From: Candidatus Latescibacterota bacterium
GTDB taxonomy: Bacteria; Latescibacterota; UBA2968; UBA8231
Assembly: GCA_965205655.1 (NCBI GenBank)
Contig: CBDBIJ010000015.1
Span: forward strand, 101,602-165,601
Direction: 5' to 3'
Length of the DNA: 64,000 bases
Both the position numbers and the translations under genes were made by a program. Below are positions 10,432 to 22,513 of this stretch, piece by piece. Numbering within the stretch: the first letter of the stretch is position 1; the number at the start of each line of letters is the position of its first letter. The notes beneath the pieces are model-generated. The model was not told the DNA's origin. It ran no database searches and saw nothing but the letters and a program-made list of their open reading frames with translations.

Positions 10432-11109
10432 ATGGAGATTTCCCTGCTTCGCAAAGTCCCGTTGTTCGAGGGACTCAAGGACGACGATCTCGAGGCCATC
10501 GCCAAGGTGACGATCACCAGGTCCTATTCGAAGGATCCGGTCATCATTCTGGCCGAAGAAGAAGGCGACGCCATGTTCATCATCGAAACGGGACAGGTGA
10601 AGGTGAGCATCGTCAGCGAGGACGGTCGCGAGGTCATCCTGTCTCTTCTCGGTGAAGGCGCCGTCTTCGATGAGCTCTCGCTTCTCGATGGCAAGCCCAG
10701 ATCGGCCAATGTGGTGGCCACACAGGATACCGATTTGTACACCGTTCGGCGCAGCGACTTTCTTCAGCTGCTCTACAAGGTCCCGCAGATCGCCATCTCA
10801 CTGCTGGCCGAGCTCGCCGTGCGACTGCGAAAAACGGATCGAAAAATCGAGGGGCTCGCTTTGCTCGACGTCACGAGTCGCATTTCGGAGACCCTGCTAC
10901 AGCTGGCGACCGAGCAGGGAGTCGAGACGGGTGAGGGAATAATCCTCGAGAGTCGTCCGACGCACCAGCAGCTCGCAAACATGTCAGGCACGACGCGGGA
11001 GACGGTTTCTCGGGTGCTGAAGCGACTCGAGAATCAAGGGTATATCACGTCGGAGGGTCGCTCGATCACCATTCTGCGGGAAGATCAGTGGGGCAAATCG
11101 GCCGAGTGA
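10432..11109 (+). CDS. Crp/Fnr family transcriptional regulator
   Basis: cNMP-binding domain (ELSLLDGKPRSA) plus HTH (LANMSGTTRETVSR). Confidence 0.95.
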   Translation: MEISLLRKVPLFEGLKDDDLEAIAKVTITRSYSKDPVIILAEEEGDAMFIIETGQVKVSIVSEDGREVILSLLGEGAVFDELSLLDGKPRSANVVATQDTDLYTVRRSDFLQLLYKVPQIAISLLAELAVRLRKTDRKIEGLALLDVTSRISETLLQLATEQGVETGEGIILESRPTHQQLANMSGTTRETVSRVLKRLENQGYITSEGRSITILREDQWGKSAE

Positions 11110-11136
11110 TCGCCGGGAGAGTCCTCCAGGCGCCTG

Positions 11137-12665
<1,529 letters not shown>

Positions 12666-12669
<4 letters not shown>

Positions 12670-14105
12670 AAGCCGCTTTCTCGCGCCGCTGGATAGCCCT
12701 CCTGCTTGCCTTGGGTGTACCCGCCGGGGCCGTCGAGCCCGCGGACCGGTCCGCCCTGGAAAAACTCAGCAGGACCTTTCGCGACGCTTACAAAGAGGTC
12801 GCCCCGGCCGTCGTTCTCGTGAGAACGACTCCGAGCCACCGGCAGCTGCGGCGACTCCTGCCACAATCTCACCCTGATTTACCTGGGGGTCCTCAGGACA
12901 GGGAGCGCTTTCCCGGCCTCGGCTCTGGCACCATCGTCAGCGACGACGGTTATATCCTCAGCAATTACCATGTCATTCAGGGTGCTGAGTCCATCCGCGT
13001 TACGCTCTCCGACCGCCGCAGTTTCGGCGCCGAGGTCGTCGGCTTCGACTCCCTCATCGACATCGCCCTGCTCAAGGTGGACGCACGCGAGCTGCCGGTG
13101 GCGTCGCTCGGAAGCTCCGACGAGCTGGAGATCGGCGATTGGGTCCTCGCCATCGGGCACCCTCTTGGCCTGGGATCGACTTTGACCCACGGCATCGTCT
13201 CCGCACTCGGCCGCGCCGCTCGCGTCATCCGGGCCGAGTACAGCATTGAGAGTTTCATCCAGACGAATGCCGTCATCAACCCGGGCAACTCTGGTGGACC
13301 GCTCCTCAACCTGAGCGGCGAGGTGGTTGGCATCAACACGGCCATCTCGACGAGGACGGGTTGGTATATGGGCTACGGTCTGGCCGTCCCCATCGCCCTT
13401 GCCCAGGAGGCCATGGCCGATATCCTCGAACACGGCCGCGTCGTCCGCGGCTATCTGGGTATCTCTATGGAACAGGTGAACCAGACGCTGGTGGATGATA
13501 TGCACCTGGCGATGTCCACGCCCCACGGTGTTCACGTCAACAAGACTCTGCCGGGCACACCTGCCGAGCGCAGCGAGTTGACGGAGGGAGACGTCATCCT
13601 GCGAGTCGACGGCATCCCCGTCGACCGCCCGAACGAGGTGCAGACTCTCATCTACGCCCGCGACCCGGGCGACGTCGTCGATCTGTCCGTCCTCAGGGAC
13701 AGCTCGACCCTGCAGATCCAGGTCGTGCTCGGCGAACAGGAGGAAGACCGGCTCCTCGCCGAGGGCCACCGACGCGTCGACGCCCTCGGTATGACGGTGG
13801 AGGTCCTCAGTTACGAGCGGGCCGGGCAGATCGGGTTCACCGACGAGATAGCGGCCCAACTCGGGTTCTCAGAGGATGAGGCCGTCGTCGTCGTCGTCGA
13901 TGTCGACCCCGCCGGTCTGGCTGCGACCAAGGACATCCGTGTCAGCGATGTGATCACGGAGGTCGACGACCGCCGCATCGACTCATTCGACACCTTCTTC
14001 CGCTCCGTGTCGCAGCTCGAAGTAGGTGAATCCGCCCTGTTCTGGCTCTGGCGGCCGCAGCGCGGCATCGATGTGCGCGCCCTTCGGATCGCCGAGGAGG
14101 AATGA
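12666..14105 (+). CDS. DegP/HtrA serine protease with two PDZ domains
   Basis: SNYHVI, DIALLK, INPGNSGGPL; signal peptide. Confidence 0.93.
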
Positions 14106-15262
14106 CCGACCTCGGCGGTAGCGATGGCCTGCTCCTCGTCGGCGACAGCGAACGCAGTGCGGACCTGTACTACGCCACCAAGTTCAGGGCTCCCGATCCA
14201 TTCGTCTTTCTCGACACCGGCGCAAAGACCTACCTCCTCATCGGCGACCTCGAGCTCGATCGCGCCCGGCAGCAGGCCGAGGTCGACGAGGTCCTGTCTG
14301 TCTCTCACTACGCCAGGCAGGTCAAAAAATCGAAGGGCGGCACGGACACGAGCGGGCCTTCCCGCACACACCAGATCCTCCTGGCAGCTCTCGAAGACGT
14401 CGGGGGCCGCATTCGATCGCTGCGGGTGCCGGCGCAGTTTCCGCTGGAGACCGCCGACTTTCTGCGCCGTTCGGGAATCCGGTTGGAAGTCGTTGCACCG
14501 CCGCTCTTCGAGCAGCGAAGCATCAAGCAACCTCACGAAGTCGAGGCCATCCGCGGTGCTCTGCGCGCCGCCGAGACCGGCATGGGCGCCGCCCTCGAGG
14601 CGATTGAGCAGGCTCGAGTTGAGGAATCGGGCGTCCTTTCGCTCGAAGGCGAACAGCTCACCTCCCAGCGGCTGCGACGCCTCATCCATCACACTCTGCT
14701 CGAAGAGGACTGCAGCGCCCGCCACACGATCGTCGCCTGTGGCGACGATGGCTGCGATCCCCACTGTGAGGGCAGCGGTCCGCTGGTCGCTGACCGACCC
14801 ATCATTATCGATATCTTCCCGCAGTCTGACTCGAGCGGCTACTACGGAGACCTGACACGCACCTTCGTGAAAGGTGATGCCGGTGACGACCTCCGCCGCG
14901 CCTACGAGGCCGTTCTGGCGGCACAGCAGGTCGCCTTCGATCGCCTCGGCGATGACCGCGACGGAAGCGAGATTCACAAGGCCGTCGAGCAGTCTTTCTC
15001 CGCGCGTGGATACGAGACCGGGGAACGCAACGGCCGTCTACAGGGATTCTTCCACGGCACAGGCCACGGGCTTGGGTTGGACATTCACGAGGCCCCCAGC
15101 GTAGGTCCTCGACATGACATTCTTCGCGCTGGTCAGATTGTGACGGTCGAGCCGGGTCTGTACTATCTGGGCCTGGGAGGCGTGCGGCTCGAGGACGTCG
15201 TTCGCGTGACCGAGAACGGGCACGAGAATCTTACCCGGTTCCCCAAGGTACTGGAGGTGTAA
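14102..15262 (+). CDS. Xaa-Pro peptidase (M24 family)
   Basis: DLTRT, HGTGHGLGLDIHE, TVEPGLY, VRLED. Confidence 0.93.
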   Translation: MTDLGGSDGLLLVGDSERSADLYYATKFRAPDPFVFLDTGAKTYLLIGDLELDRARQQAEVDEVLSVSHYARQVKKSKGGTDTSGPSRTHQILLAALEDVGGRIRSLRVPAQFPLETADFLRRSGIRLEVVAPPLFEQRSIKQPHEVEAIRGALRAAETGMGAALEAIEQARVEESGVLSLEGEQLTSQRLRRLIHHTLLEEDCSARHTIVACGDDGCDPHCEGSGPLVADRPIIIDIFPQSDSSGYYGDLTRTFVKGDAGDDLRRAYEAVLAAQQVAFDRLGDDRDGSEIHKAVEQSFSARGYETGERNGRLQGFFHGTGHGLGLDIHEAPSVGPRHDILRAGQIVTVEPGLYYLGLGGVRLEDVVRVTENGHENLTRFPKVLEV

Positions 15263-15340
15263 GGGATTTGCAGCAGCAGGCGCAAATGATCAGATTCTGC
15301 ACTGTTGACGCATTGTTTCTCGCCCCATCCGGATCGATCA

Positions 15341-15787
15341 ATGTCACGACTCAAGTTTCTTCTCGGCTCTACCGTCATCGCTTCGGGCCTCGCCTTCCTC
15401 GTCATCACCGGCGTTCAGGAGTCGGCAGCGCACCATATGACCCTGTCGATGTTGATGGAGCGAAGCACTAGCCTGGACGTGGGTGACAGGCGGATCCAGC
15501 TGGGCGGCTGCACTGTGGTGGCCGGATCCATCCGCTGGGACGATTACCGACATCGCCCGGAGTTCACTGTCACGGACGGTGATCGGACTCTCGAGGTGCG
15601 CTACACCGGCAGCGGCCTGCTGCCAGACACGTTTCAGGACGACGCCCTCGTCGTTTTGGAGGGCCGTCTCGTGCCCGGCCACGAGGGCTTCGACGCCGAC
15701 CTCGTCTACGCTAAGTGTCCCTCCAAGTACGAGGGGCAGAGCTACGAAGGTCACGTCGAGGCCATGAACCAGACCGGCAGCTTGTGA
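15341..15787 (+). CDS. ccmE: Heme chaperone CcmE, CxxxY (System I*) type
   Basis: N-terminal TM, YTGSGLLPDTF...VVLEG, AKCPSKY. Confidence 0.92.
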   Translation: MSRLKFLLGSTVIASGLAFLVITGVQESAAHHMTLSMLMERSTSLDVGDRRIQLGGCTVVAGSIRWDDYRHRPEFTVTDGDRTLEVRYTGSGLLPDTFQDDALVVLEGRLVPGHEGFDADLVYAKCPSKYEGQSYEGHVEAMNQTGSL

Positions 15788-15827
15788 CCGACCTCTTCAC
15801 GTCTGCCCGAAGATTGATCCCCAACAC

Positions 15828-17873
15828 TTGAGCCCCGCCATCGACATCGGGTACTTCGCCCTCTGTCTCGCCCTCGCGGCGTCCGCCTATGCCATGGTCG
15901 TGTGCGGTCTGGGTGGCCACATCCGTGACGAAGGGCTCATCCGCAGTGGCGAGAACGCCGCCCTGGCACACCTCGGGCTGCTGACAGTCGCGGTAGTCTG
16001 CCTGTGGCATCTGCTGATCAGTGGTGACTTCCGGGTGGCGTATGTCGCAGAAAACACGAATCTGTCGCTGCCTCCGATCTACCTGATCGCCTCTCTGTGG
16101 GGAGGACAGAACGGATCACTCTTGTTCTGGGGGTGGATCCTGGCCCTGTACACAGCGCTGTTTCTCAGTCTCAATCGCCATCGCTACCGCACCCTCATGC
16201 CGTTTGCGGTAGCCGTCCTGTCAGCCACGAGCTGCTTTTTCGTCGTCCTCGTTCTTTTCGCTGCCGACCCCTTTGAAACACTCCCTTTCGTCCCAGCAGA
16301 CGGCAGCGGACTCAATCCGATCCTGCAGCATCCCCTTATGGCCATCCACCCACCCATGCTCTACGCCGGCATGGTTGGCCTGTCCGTTCCCTACGCGCTC
16401 GCCATCGCCGCGCTCCTGTCACGGCAGCTCGATGCTACCTGGTTGCGGGCGGCGCGACGCTGGCTCCTCGTCCCCTGGATGATTCTGGGCTCAGGTCTGT
16501 TGCTGGGGGGCAAGTGGGCCTACGTCGAGCTGGGGTGGGGTGGCTACTGGGGGTGGGACCCGGTGGAGAACGCCTCCTTCATGCCGTGGCTGGCGGGCAC
16601 GGCGCTCATCCACTCGATCATGATCCAGGAGCGCAAGGGGATGCTGAAAATGTGGAACATGATTCTCGTGTTCTTCACCTACGGCATGACGATCTTCGGC
16701 ACGACGCTGACACGCAGCGGCTTGGTCGAGTCCGTCCATTCCTTCGCGCGTTCTCGCGTTGGGCCTTTCTTCACCGTCTTCCTGCTCGTCGTCGGCCTGT
16801 CTTCCGTCGCCCTTTTGTGGAGCCGTCGACGTGAGCTGCGCGCTGAGAGCCGGCTCGAGGCGTTTGCCTCGCGGGAATCCGCCTTTCTGCTCAACAACTG
16901 GATTCTCCTGGGGATGTTGTTCGCCGTGTTGTGGGGCACGCTCTTTCCGGTGATTTCTGAGGCCTTTACCGGTGAAAAGATCACCGTCTCGGCACCGTTC
17001 TTCAACCAGGTGAGCGTACCCATCGGGCTGGTCCTGCTACTGCTGACGGGTGCCGGTCCTCTGTTCGCATGGCGCCGCACATCGACGGAGAGCCTGCAGC
17101 GCAACTTTCCAATACCTGTGTCGGTGGCTGCCGCCGCGGCGGTACTGCTGGGGCTCGCGGGTGTCGGGGACATGTACGCGATCACGTCGCTATCTCTGTG
17201 CGCCTTCGTCGCCGCTGCCATCGGCCTCGAATTTCACCGCGGTGCCACGGCCCGGTGCCGTACCAGCGGTGAACGCTACCTGCGCGGCATATACGGACTT
17301 CTGAGCAAGAGCCGGCGGCGCTACGGCGGCTACCTCGTGCACGTGGCGATCGTCATGCTCTTCGTCGGCTTCACCGGCAAGGCCTTCACCACCGAGAAGG
17401 AGCTCGTCCTTCGGTATGGGGAGTCTGAGCAGATCGGAAACTACACCCTTACCTACGAGTCCCTGGCCTTCAGCGAGGACGCGAACAAGAAGGCGACGAC
17501 GGCGGCGCTCAGTCTCGACGAAGACGGAGAGTTTGTTTGTACTCTCCTACCAGAGCGTCACTTCTATAAAGTCTCCGAGCAGGGAACGACTGAGGTGGCG
17601 ATCTACTCCTCCACGCGGGAAGACTTCTACCTCGTCCTCGTGGGAGCAGCCGAGGACAACAGCGCTAAGTTCCAGATCTACGTGAACCCACTAGTGAACT
17701 GGGTCTGGGTCGGAGGCCTCTGTTTCATCCTCGGAACAATGTGGTGTGTCTGGCCCACAGCTCGAGAGCGCCGCCTCGCAGCCATGGAACGATCGCGCAG
17801 CCGCGTCGCCGAAGGAGACGAGAGGTGGCCGGCGGAGGCGGAATTGGTCGCACCGGTTCCGTCTTCCCGCTGA
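15828..17873 (+). CDS. ccmF: Cytochrome c heme lyase CcmF
   Basis: WGGQNGSLLFW, IHPPMLY, WAYVELGWGGYWGWDPVENAS, SVHSF. Confidence 0.97.
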   Translation: MSPAIDIGYFALCLALAASAYAMVVCGLGGHIRDEGLIRSGENAALAHLGLLTVAVVCLWHLLISGDFRVAYVAENTNLSLPPIYLIASLWGGQNGSLLFWGWILALYTALFLSLNRHRYRTLMPFAVAVLSATSCFFVVLVLFAADPFETLPFVPADGSGLNPILQHPLMAIHPPMLYAGMVGLSVPYALAIAALLSRQLDATWLRAARRWLLVPWMILGSGLLLGGKWAYVELGWGGYWGWDPVENASFMPWLAGTALIHSIMIQERKGMLKMWNMILVFFTYGMTIFGTTLTRSGLVESVHSFARSRVGPFFTVFLLVVGLSSVALLWSRRRELRAESRLEAFASRESAFLLNNWILLGMLFAVLWGTLFPVISEAFTGEKITVSAPFFNQVSVPIGLVLLLLTGAGPLFAWRRTSTESLQRNFPIPVSVAAAAAVLLGLAGVGDMYAITSLSLCAFVAAAIGLEFHRGATARCRTSGERYLRGIYGLLSKSRRRYGGYLVHVAIVMLFVGFTGKAFTTEKELVLRYGESEQIGNYTLTYESLAFSEDANKKATTAALSLDEDGEFVCTLLPERHFYKVSEQGTTEVAIYSSTREDFYLVLVGAAEDNSAKFQIYVNPLVNWVWVGGLCFILGTMWCVWPTARERRLAAMERSRSRVAEGDERWPAEAELVAPVPSSR

Positions 17874-17894
17874 CGGCTCCGGAGGTAGCACGCC

Positions 17895-18392
17895 GTGTCG
17901 ACTCCCTCACCTATCGCGATGTTCGGCCTCATCTGCATGAGCCTGAACATCGCAACAGCGGCACCGACGCCGGAGCAGATCAAGCACGTTGCCGCTGAGA
18001 TGGTCTGTCTGTGCGGCAATTGCAACCGCCAGTCGCTGGCCACCTGCATCTGTCCCGACTTCGCCGTGCCCGAGCGCGGGAGAATCGGCCAGATGCTGGA
18101 AGCCGGCAGGACTCCACAGCAGATCGTCGATGAGTATGTCGATGAGTTCGGTAGGCATATTCTGGCGGCGCCACCGGCGCAGGGCTACTCACTCATCGCC
18201 TGGATCGGGCCGTTCGTCGGCCTCGCCGCCGGGTTTTTTGCCGTCAGGGCCGTGCTCGGCAGATGGCGTCGCCTGACAACCGGATCCGCCGATCGAGCCG
18301 CGTCGACCCCCACCCCCCAAGAGCGCGGGGAATTGTCGCGCTACCAGGCGCGCCTCAGACGGGAACTTGACGACTTTGACGAGGAGTCGTAA
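17895..18392 (+). CDS. ccmH: CcmH-like protein with five-cysteine motif
   Basis: CLCGNCNRQSLATCIC...QIVDEYVDEFG..IL..PP, then a TM helix. Confidence 0.8.
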   Translation: MSTPSPIAMFGLICMSLNIATAAPTPEQIKHVAAEMVCLCGNCNRQSLATCICPDFAVPERGRIGQMLEAGRTPQQIVDEYVDEFGRHILAAPPAQGYSLIAWIGPFVGLAAGFFAVRAVLGRWRRLTTGSADRAASTPTPQERGELSRYQARLRRELDDFDEES

Positions 18393-18404
18393 AGCGGGGT
18401 CTAG

Positions 18405-18866
18405 GTGAATCCCCTCACCGTCGCCACCTGTGGAGCCATCGTCGGCTGCCTGCTGCTCGCCGTCGGCTATCCCCTCATCTTATCAAGGTCGACGAGGGCA
18501 CGTCTACCTCCGGATCGGCGCTGGTCGCTCGCCGAGCAGAGGGACCTGGCCTACGCCTCGATTCGAGAGCTGGATTTCGACCACGCCGTCAGCAAGGTGA
18601 ACGACGAAGACTATCGACAGCAGCGGGCCACCTTGGAGGAGTCCGCCGTGGCCATCCTGCGCCAGCTCGACCAGCTCGACGGATCCGATCCCGCCGACGC
18701 CGAACAACGGGTCACGGCGGATGTTGCCGCTTTGTGGGGCGGCGGCCCCGATCGCGTTGACCCGGCTGAAGCGCTTGGAGATTCGTGCCCTTCCTGCGGC
18801 GGCAGCAGGGCGTCCGATCACCGCTTCTGTCCGCACTGCGGCGCGCGCCTGCATGTGGCCGGATAG
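18405..18866 (+). CDS. Membrane-anchored protein: CcmI-N-like helical part plus zinc ribbon
   Basis: TM helix, IRELDFD...DEDY..R..LE, CPSC...FCPHCG. Confidence 0.7.
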   Translation: MNPLTVATCGAIVGCLLLAVGYPLILSRSTRARLPPDRRWSLAEQRDLAYASIRELDFDHAVSKVNDEDYRQQRATLEESAVAILRQLDQLDGSDPADAEQRVTADVAALWGGGPDRVDPAEALGDSCPSCGGSRASDHRFCPHCGARLHVAG

Positions 18867-20064
18867 GTCTCGCACCGGGCAGCGCCGACGGCGGCTCCTG
18901 GCGACAGCGCTCGCCACTGCGCTAAGTGTCCTGCCGCTACCGGTGGCAGCCGAAACGGTCAGGGGATATGTCATCGACCCCACCACGAACGCGGCGGTGC
19001 CGCACGCCGAGGTCGCCTTCCTTCTCTCCGGCGAGGAGGGTCTCACCGAGATCCTCCGCAAAACGGCGGATACCGAGGGTCGCTTCGCTTTTTCCGGACC
19101 CTTTCTCACACCGGGGTTGAGATTCATCCTCGTCGCCTTCCACCGGGGCATCCCGTACCCAACGAGTCGGCTCGAGCTTGGAGAGCAGACGGAAGTCATT
19201 CTCGAAGTGTTCGAGCCGACCTCCGACACATCCCACATCCATGTCGGCATCCATCATCTCTTCCTGTCGCTGCGTCCCGAGGTCATCGAAGTCGCTCAAC
19301 ATCTGCACGTGGAGAACGGTAGCTCACGGACCTATATCGGCGTTGGAAAAGGTGCTGAGCGCCGGGTTACAGAGTTTCGATTGCCCGAAGGCCTTTTCGG
19401 TTTGCAGGGACACTCCGGTCAAATGGTGCCGCTGGAGGGCGAAAATCGCTTCGCACACTCTCAACCTCTCGTCCCGGGAACGACTCGAATCGCCTTCTCC
19501 TTCTTTCTGGACTCCGAGCGGTTCGACGGTGTGTACGGACACGTCGCCCCGTTTCCCACCCAAGCCCTCGAGGTCTACGTCCACCCTCCGGATATCGATT
19601 TGGGGCCACCGTTCGAGGATCTCGGGCTGCCGACCGTCCCGCACGACCAACCCTATCGCCGATTCCGAATAGAGGGCCTCGTCGCCGGCCAGCACCTCGA
19701 CATCTCACTGCCGCTGCAACGCTCACGCCGCTGGGCCCTGAAGTGGGCCGCTCTCGGCCTGGCGCTGTTGGGCAGCGGCGCCGCCTTCGCGGGCAGCCGA
19801 GCCGGACGCTCCGCCCCGCCTGCGGAACCGTCCGCCGCACTCGACATAGCGGAGCTGGCGCCAGTCGCGGGCGTGGATCCGCGAGCCGACCGCGCCGAGC
19901 TGGAACAGCTGCGTCGCCAGTTGCTCGCCGAGCTGGCCGCCTATGGCAGGAAGGCGACTCGCGGCTGCGCCGATGGCTACGACGAGCGCATGGATCGAGC
20001 CGTCGCTGTTTATCGCCTCCTTGACCAGATCGGATCGTGCGGGAAAGCCGGGTCGCGCCGGTGA
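18853..20064 (+). CDS. Exported beta-sandwich (carboxypeptidase-regulatory-like) protein with C-terminal TM anchor
   Basis: Signal peptide, VRGYVID.TT...ADTEGRFAF, late TM helix WAALGLALLGSGAAFAG; overlaps both neighbours. Confidence 0.65.
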   Translation: MWPDRSRTGQRRRRLLATALATALSVLPLPVAAETVRGYVIDPTTNAAVPHAEVAFLLSGEEGLTEILRKTADTEGRFAFSGPFLTPGLRFILVAFHRGIPYPTSRLELGEQTEVILEVFEPTSDTSHIHVGIHHLFLSLRPEVIEVAQHLHVENGSSRTYIGVGKGAERRVTEFRLPEGLFGLQGHSGQMVPLEGENRFAHSQPLVPGTTRIAFSFFLDSERFDGVYGHVAPFPTQALEVYVHPPDIDLGPPFEDLGLPTVPHDQPYRRFRIEGLVAGQHLDISLPLQRSRRWALKWAALGLALLGSGAAFAGSRAGRSAPPAEPSAALDIAELAPVAGVDPRADRAELEQLRRQLLAELAAYGRKATRGCADGYDERMDRAVAVYRLLDQIGSCGKAGSRR

Positions 20065-20765
20065 CGGTTATTTCTCTCGAGCGGGTCTGCAAGCAGTTTG
20101 GGCATGTCACCGCTTTGGAAGAGATCCACTTCCGACTCGATCGCGGTTCGTTTACCCTGCTGACTGGTGCCAACGGCACCGGCAAAACGACGCTCCTGCG
20201 GCTCGTGGCAGGACTGACTCGCCCCACTCGGGGCCGCGTTCAACTGAACGGGGCCGATCCTGCCGACGGCGAAGCGAGGGTGGACATCGGCCTGGTGTCA
20301 CATCAGCCAATGCTCTACGACGGGCTCACGGGTCGGGAGAATCTGATTTTTTTCGCCCGCCTCTACGGCCTCGAAAACGCCGACGCACGAGTAGACGAGG
20401 CGCTTCAATGGGTAGGACTTCACCCCCTCGAATCCAGGCGCAGCGGGCTCCTCTCCCGGGGATGGAGGCAGCGACTGGCTCTGGCACGGGCGACTTTGCA
20501 CAGGCCGTCCGTGCTGTTGCTGGACGAGCCGCTCAGCGGTCTCGATCGGGCGGGCGTGGACACTGTCCGCAGCCGCCTCGGTGAGCTCAAAGCGAGTGGT
20601 GTCACCGTTATCGCCGCGACACACCGATTCGGAGAGATGGCCGATTTTGTGGACTCGCTCGTCGTTTTGCGGAGAAGCCAACCGCATCACGTTTCCAGTT
20701 GGAACGGCACGAGCGCCGAGCTTCACGCTAATTGTGATGCGCTACTCCAGGAGCGTTCTCTGTGA
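20061..20765 (+). CDS. ccmA: Heme exporter ATPase CcmA
   Basis: GANGTGKTT, LSRGWRQRL, LLLDEP. Confidence 0.92.
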   Translation: MTVISLERVCKQFGHVTALEEIHFRLDRGSFTLLTGANGTGKTTLLRLVAGLTRPTRGRVQLNGADPADGEARVDIGLVSHQPMLYDGLTGRENLIFFARLYGLENADARVDEALQWVGLHPLESRRSGLLSRGWRQRLALARATLHRPSVLLLDEPLSGLDRAGVDTVRSRLGELKASGVTVIAATHRFGEMADFVDSLVVLRRSQPHHVSSWNGTSAELHANCDALLQERSL

Positions 20766-21463
20766 GTCTGTGGGACCACAGCACCGCCATCCTGCGCAAA
20801 GACGTGCAGCTCGAACGGCGCACTCGAGAGCGGTTGATCCCCATGATCTTTTTCGTCCTCGTCGTTTTGCTCGCCTTCAATTTCGCCTTCGAGCTGGGGG
20901 GAGAGAATCTGGTCGCTATCGGTCCAGGCGTCCTGTGGGTAGGGTTCGTCTTCGCGAGCACACTTGGGCTCAACCGCACCTTTTCGGAGGAGCGGCACAA
21001 CGATGCCTTGGATGCCCTGAGGCTGGCGCCACTGAGCGGACCGGAGCTTTACCTGGGAAAAATGGCAGGCAACTTCCTTTTTTTGATAATCGTCGAGTCG
21101 GTCGGGTTGCCCCTGTTTGCCCTCTTCTTTAACGTTGCCGCTGGCTGGTACCTGCTGCCCCTAGGCCTCGTGCTTTTTCTCGGCTCGCTTGTGCTGGCCG
21201 CCGTGGGCACCCTCTTTGCCGCCGTGGCCGACCAGTCCCGGCTGCGCGAGTTCATGCTCCCGCTCCTGCTGCTCCCCGTCATCGTACCGGCGCTCATCTC
21301 GTGCGTCGAGGCTACGGCCGTCGTCCTCGGACAGGGCAGGCTGTCACCGGAGACCCCGCTGTGGCCACGGGAGCTGTGGCCTCACATTCAGATACTGGCC
21401 GCGTACGCCGTCGTGTTCACGACGCTCTCACTCATGCTGTTTGACTATGTTGTCGAAGAGTAG
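20762..21463 (+). CDS. ccmB: Heme exporter permease CcmB
   Basis: PGVLWV, F.EERHNDALD.L, LPLLLLPVIVP. Confidence 0.92.
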   Translation: MSLWDHSTAILRKDVQLERRTRERLIPMIFFVLVVLLAFNFAFELGGENLVAIGPGVLWVGFVFASTLGLNRTFSEERHNDALDALRLAPLSGPELYLGKMAGNFLFLIIVESVGLPLFALFFNVAAGWYLLPLGLVLFLGSLVLAAVGTLFAAVADQSRLREFMLPLLLLPVIVPALISCVEATAVVLGQGRLSPETPLWPRELWPHIQILAAYAVVFTTLSLMLFDYVVEE

Positions 21464-21473
21464 ACGATACTCC

Positions 21474-22172
21474 ATGCGTCCCGTCAGCTCCGCGATTCTT
21501 GATGTCGTCGTCCTCGCCGCTATGCTGGCGGCGATTTACTCCGTGTTCATGTATGTGCCTACCGAACGCCAAATGGGAGTTGTTCAGCGCATCTTCTATT
21601 TCCACGTGCCGGCGGCGATGACGGCTTTTCTCGCCTTTGCCATCGTGTTCGGTGCGAGCATTCACTACCTGAGGACGAGCGAGGAACGATCGGACATGAT
21701 CGCTCAGGTGGCGGCAGAGTTGGGAGTTCTGTTCGGCCTCATCGTCCTCGTCACCGGGCCGCTGTGGGCCAAGCCAGTCTGGGGAGTGTTCTGGCGCTGG
21801 GAACCTCGGCTCACATCCATGCTCGTCACCCTGGCTATGTACGTCGCCTACCTGATGGTCCGGTCCTACAGCACCGCCTCCGAGAGCGGTACGCGGCGCG
21901 TGGCTGCGGTGCTTGGTGTCATCGCATTCGCGAATGTGCCCTTCGTCTACTACTCCGTTCACCTGTGGGCGCCAGAGCAGCAACTCCACCCAAGATCGGT
22001 GGAGTTGGCTCCCGAAATGGTTCGAGCTCGCTACCTGTGCACGGCAGCTTTCGCCGCACTGTTCCTCTACCTGCTGAAACGCGGCCTCGAGCAAGAGAAA
22101 ATCGCCAGGCGGATCGATCGTCTGCGTCAGAAGAGACACAGCCGGGAGTCCGTCGCGGCGCCGCAGATGTAA
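21474..22172 (+). CDS. ccmC: Heme exporter CcmC
   Basis: RIFYFHVP, TGPLWAKPVWGVFWRWEPRLT, LHP. Confidence 0.95.
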   Translation: MRPVSSAILDVVVLAAMLAAIYSVFMYVPTERQMGVVQRIFYFHVPAAMTAFLAFAIVFGASIHYLRTSEERSDMIAQVAAELGVLFGLIVLVTGPLWAKPVWGVFWRWEPRLTSMLVTLAMYVAYLMVRSYSTASESGTRRVAAVLGVIAFANVPFVYYSVHLWAPEQQLHPRSVELAPEMVRARYLCTAAFAALFLYLLKRGLEQEKIARRIDRLRQKRHSRESVAAPQM

Positions 22173-22216
22173 AGCCGGCTCGACCGCCTTCCGATTACAA
22201 CAGAAAGGAACCTGCA

Positions 22217-22363
22217 GTGGAACAGGATGCGACCTTCCCGTACCTCTTCGCCGCCTATGGCGCCGTTTGGGTCATTCTGTTCGCCTATCTTGTGCGCCTC
22301 AAGCGCCGCGAGAAGCGCCTGTGGCAGGCCCTCGAGGAGGCGGAAAAGGCATCGGATGAATAG
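22217..22363 (+). CDS. ccmD: CcmD small membrane protein (48 aa)
   Basis: MEQDATFPYLFAAYGAVWVILFAYLVRLKRREKRL; AAAGGA RBS; follows ccmC. Confidence 0.88.
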   Translation: MEQDATFPYLFAAYGAVWVILFAYLVRLKRREKRLWQALEEAEKASDE

Positions 22364-22422
22364 TGCGTAACAGATTGATTATATGTCTGGTTACGTGGCA
22401 GTAAAAGGTCTCCACAGGCAAG

Positions 22423-22452
22423 TTGACACCCCTTTTCGGGCCGTGTTATATT
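22423..22452 (+). promoter_or_regulatory. sigma70-like promoter for the DUF151 genes
   Basis: TTGACA-18 nt-TATATT with extended -10 TG. Confidence 0.55.
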
Positions 22453-22513
22453 GTCGATCGGCTACACACACACGACCACTCGCCTCCTCCTGTGGCTCTC
22501 AGACGTGTGACAC

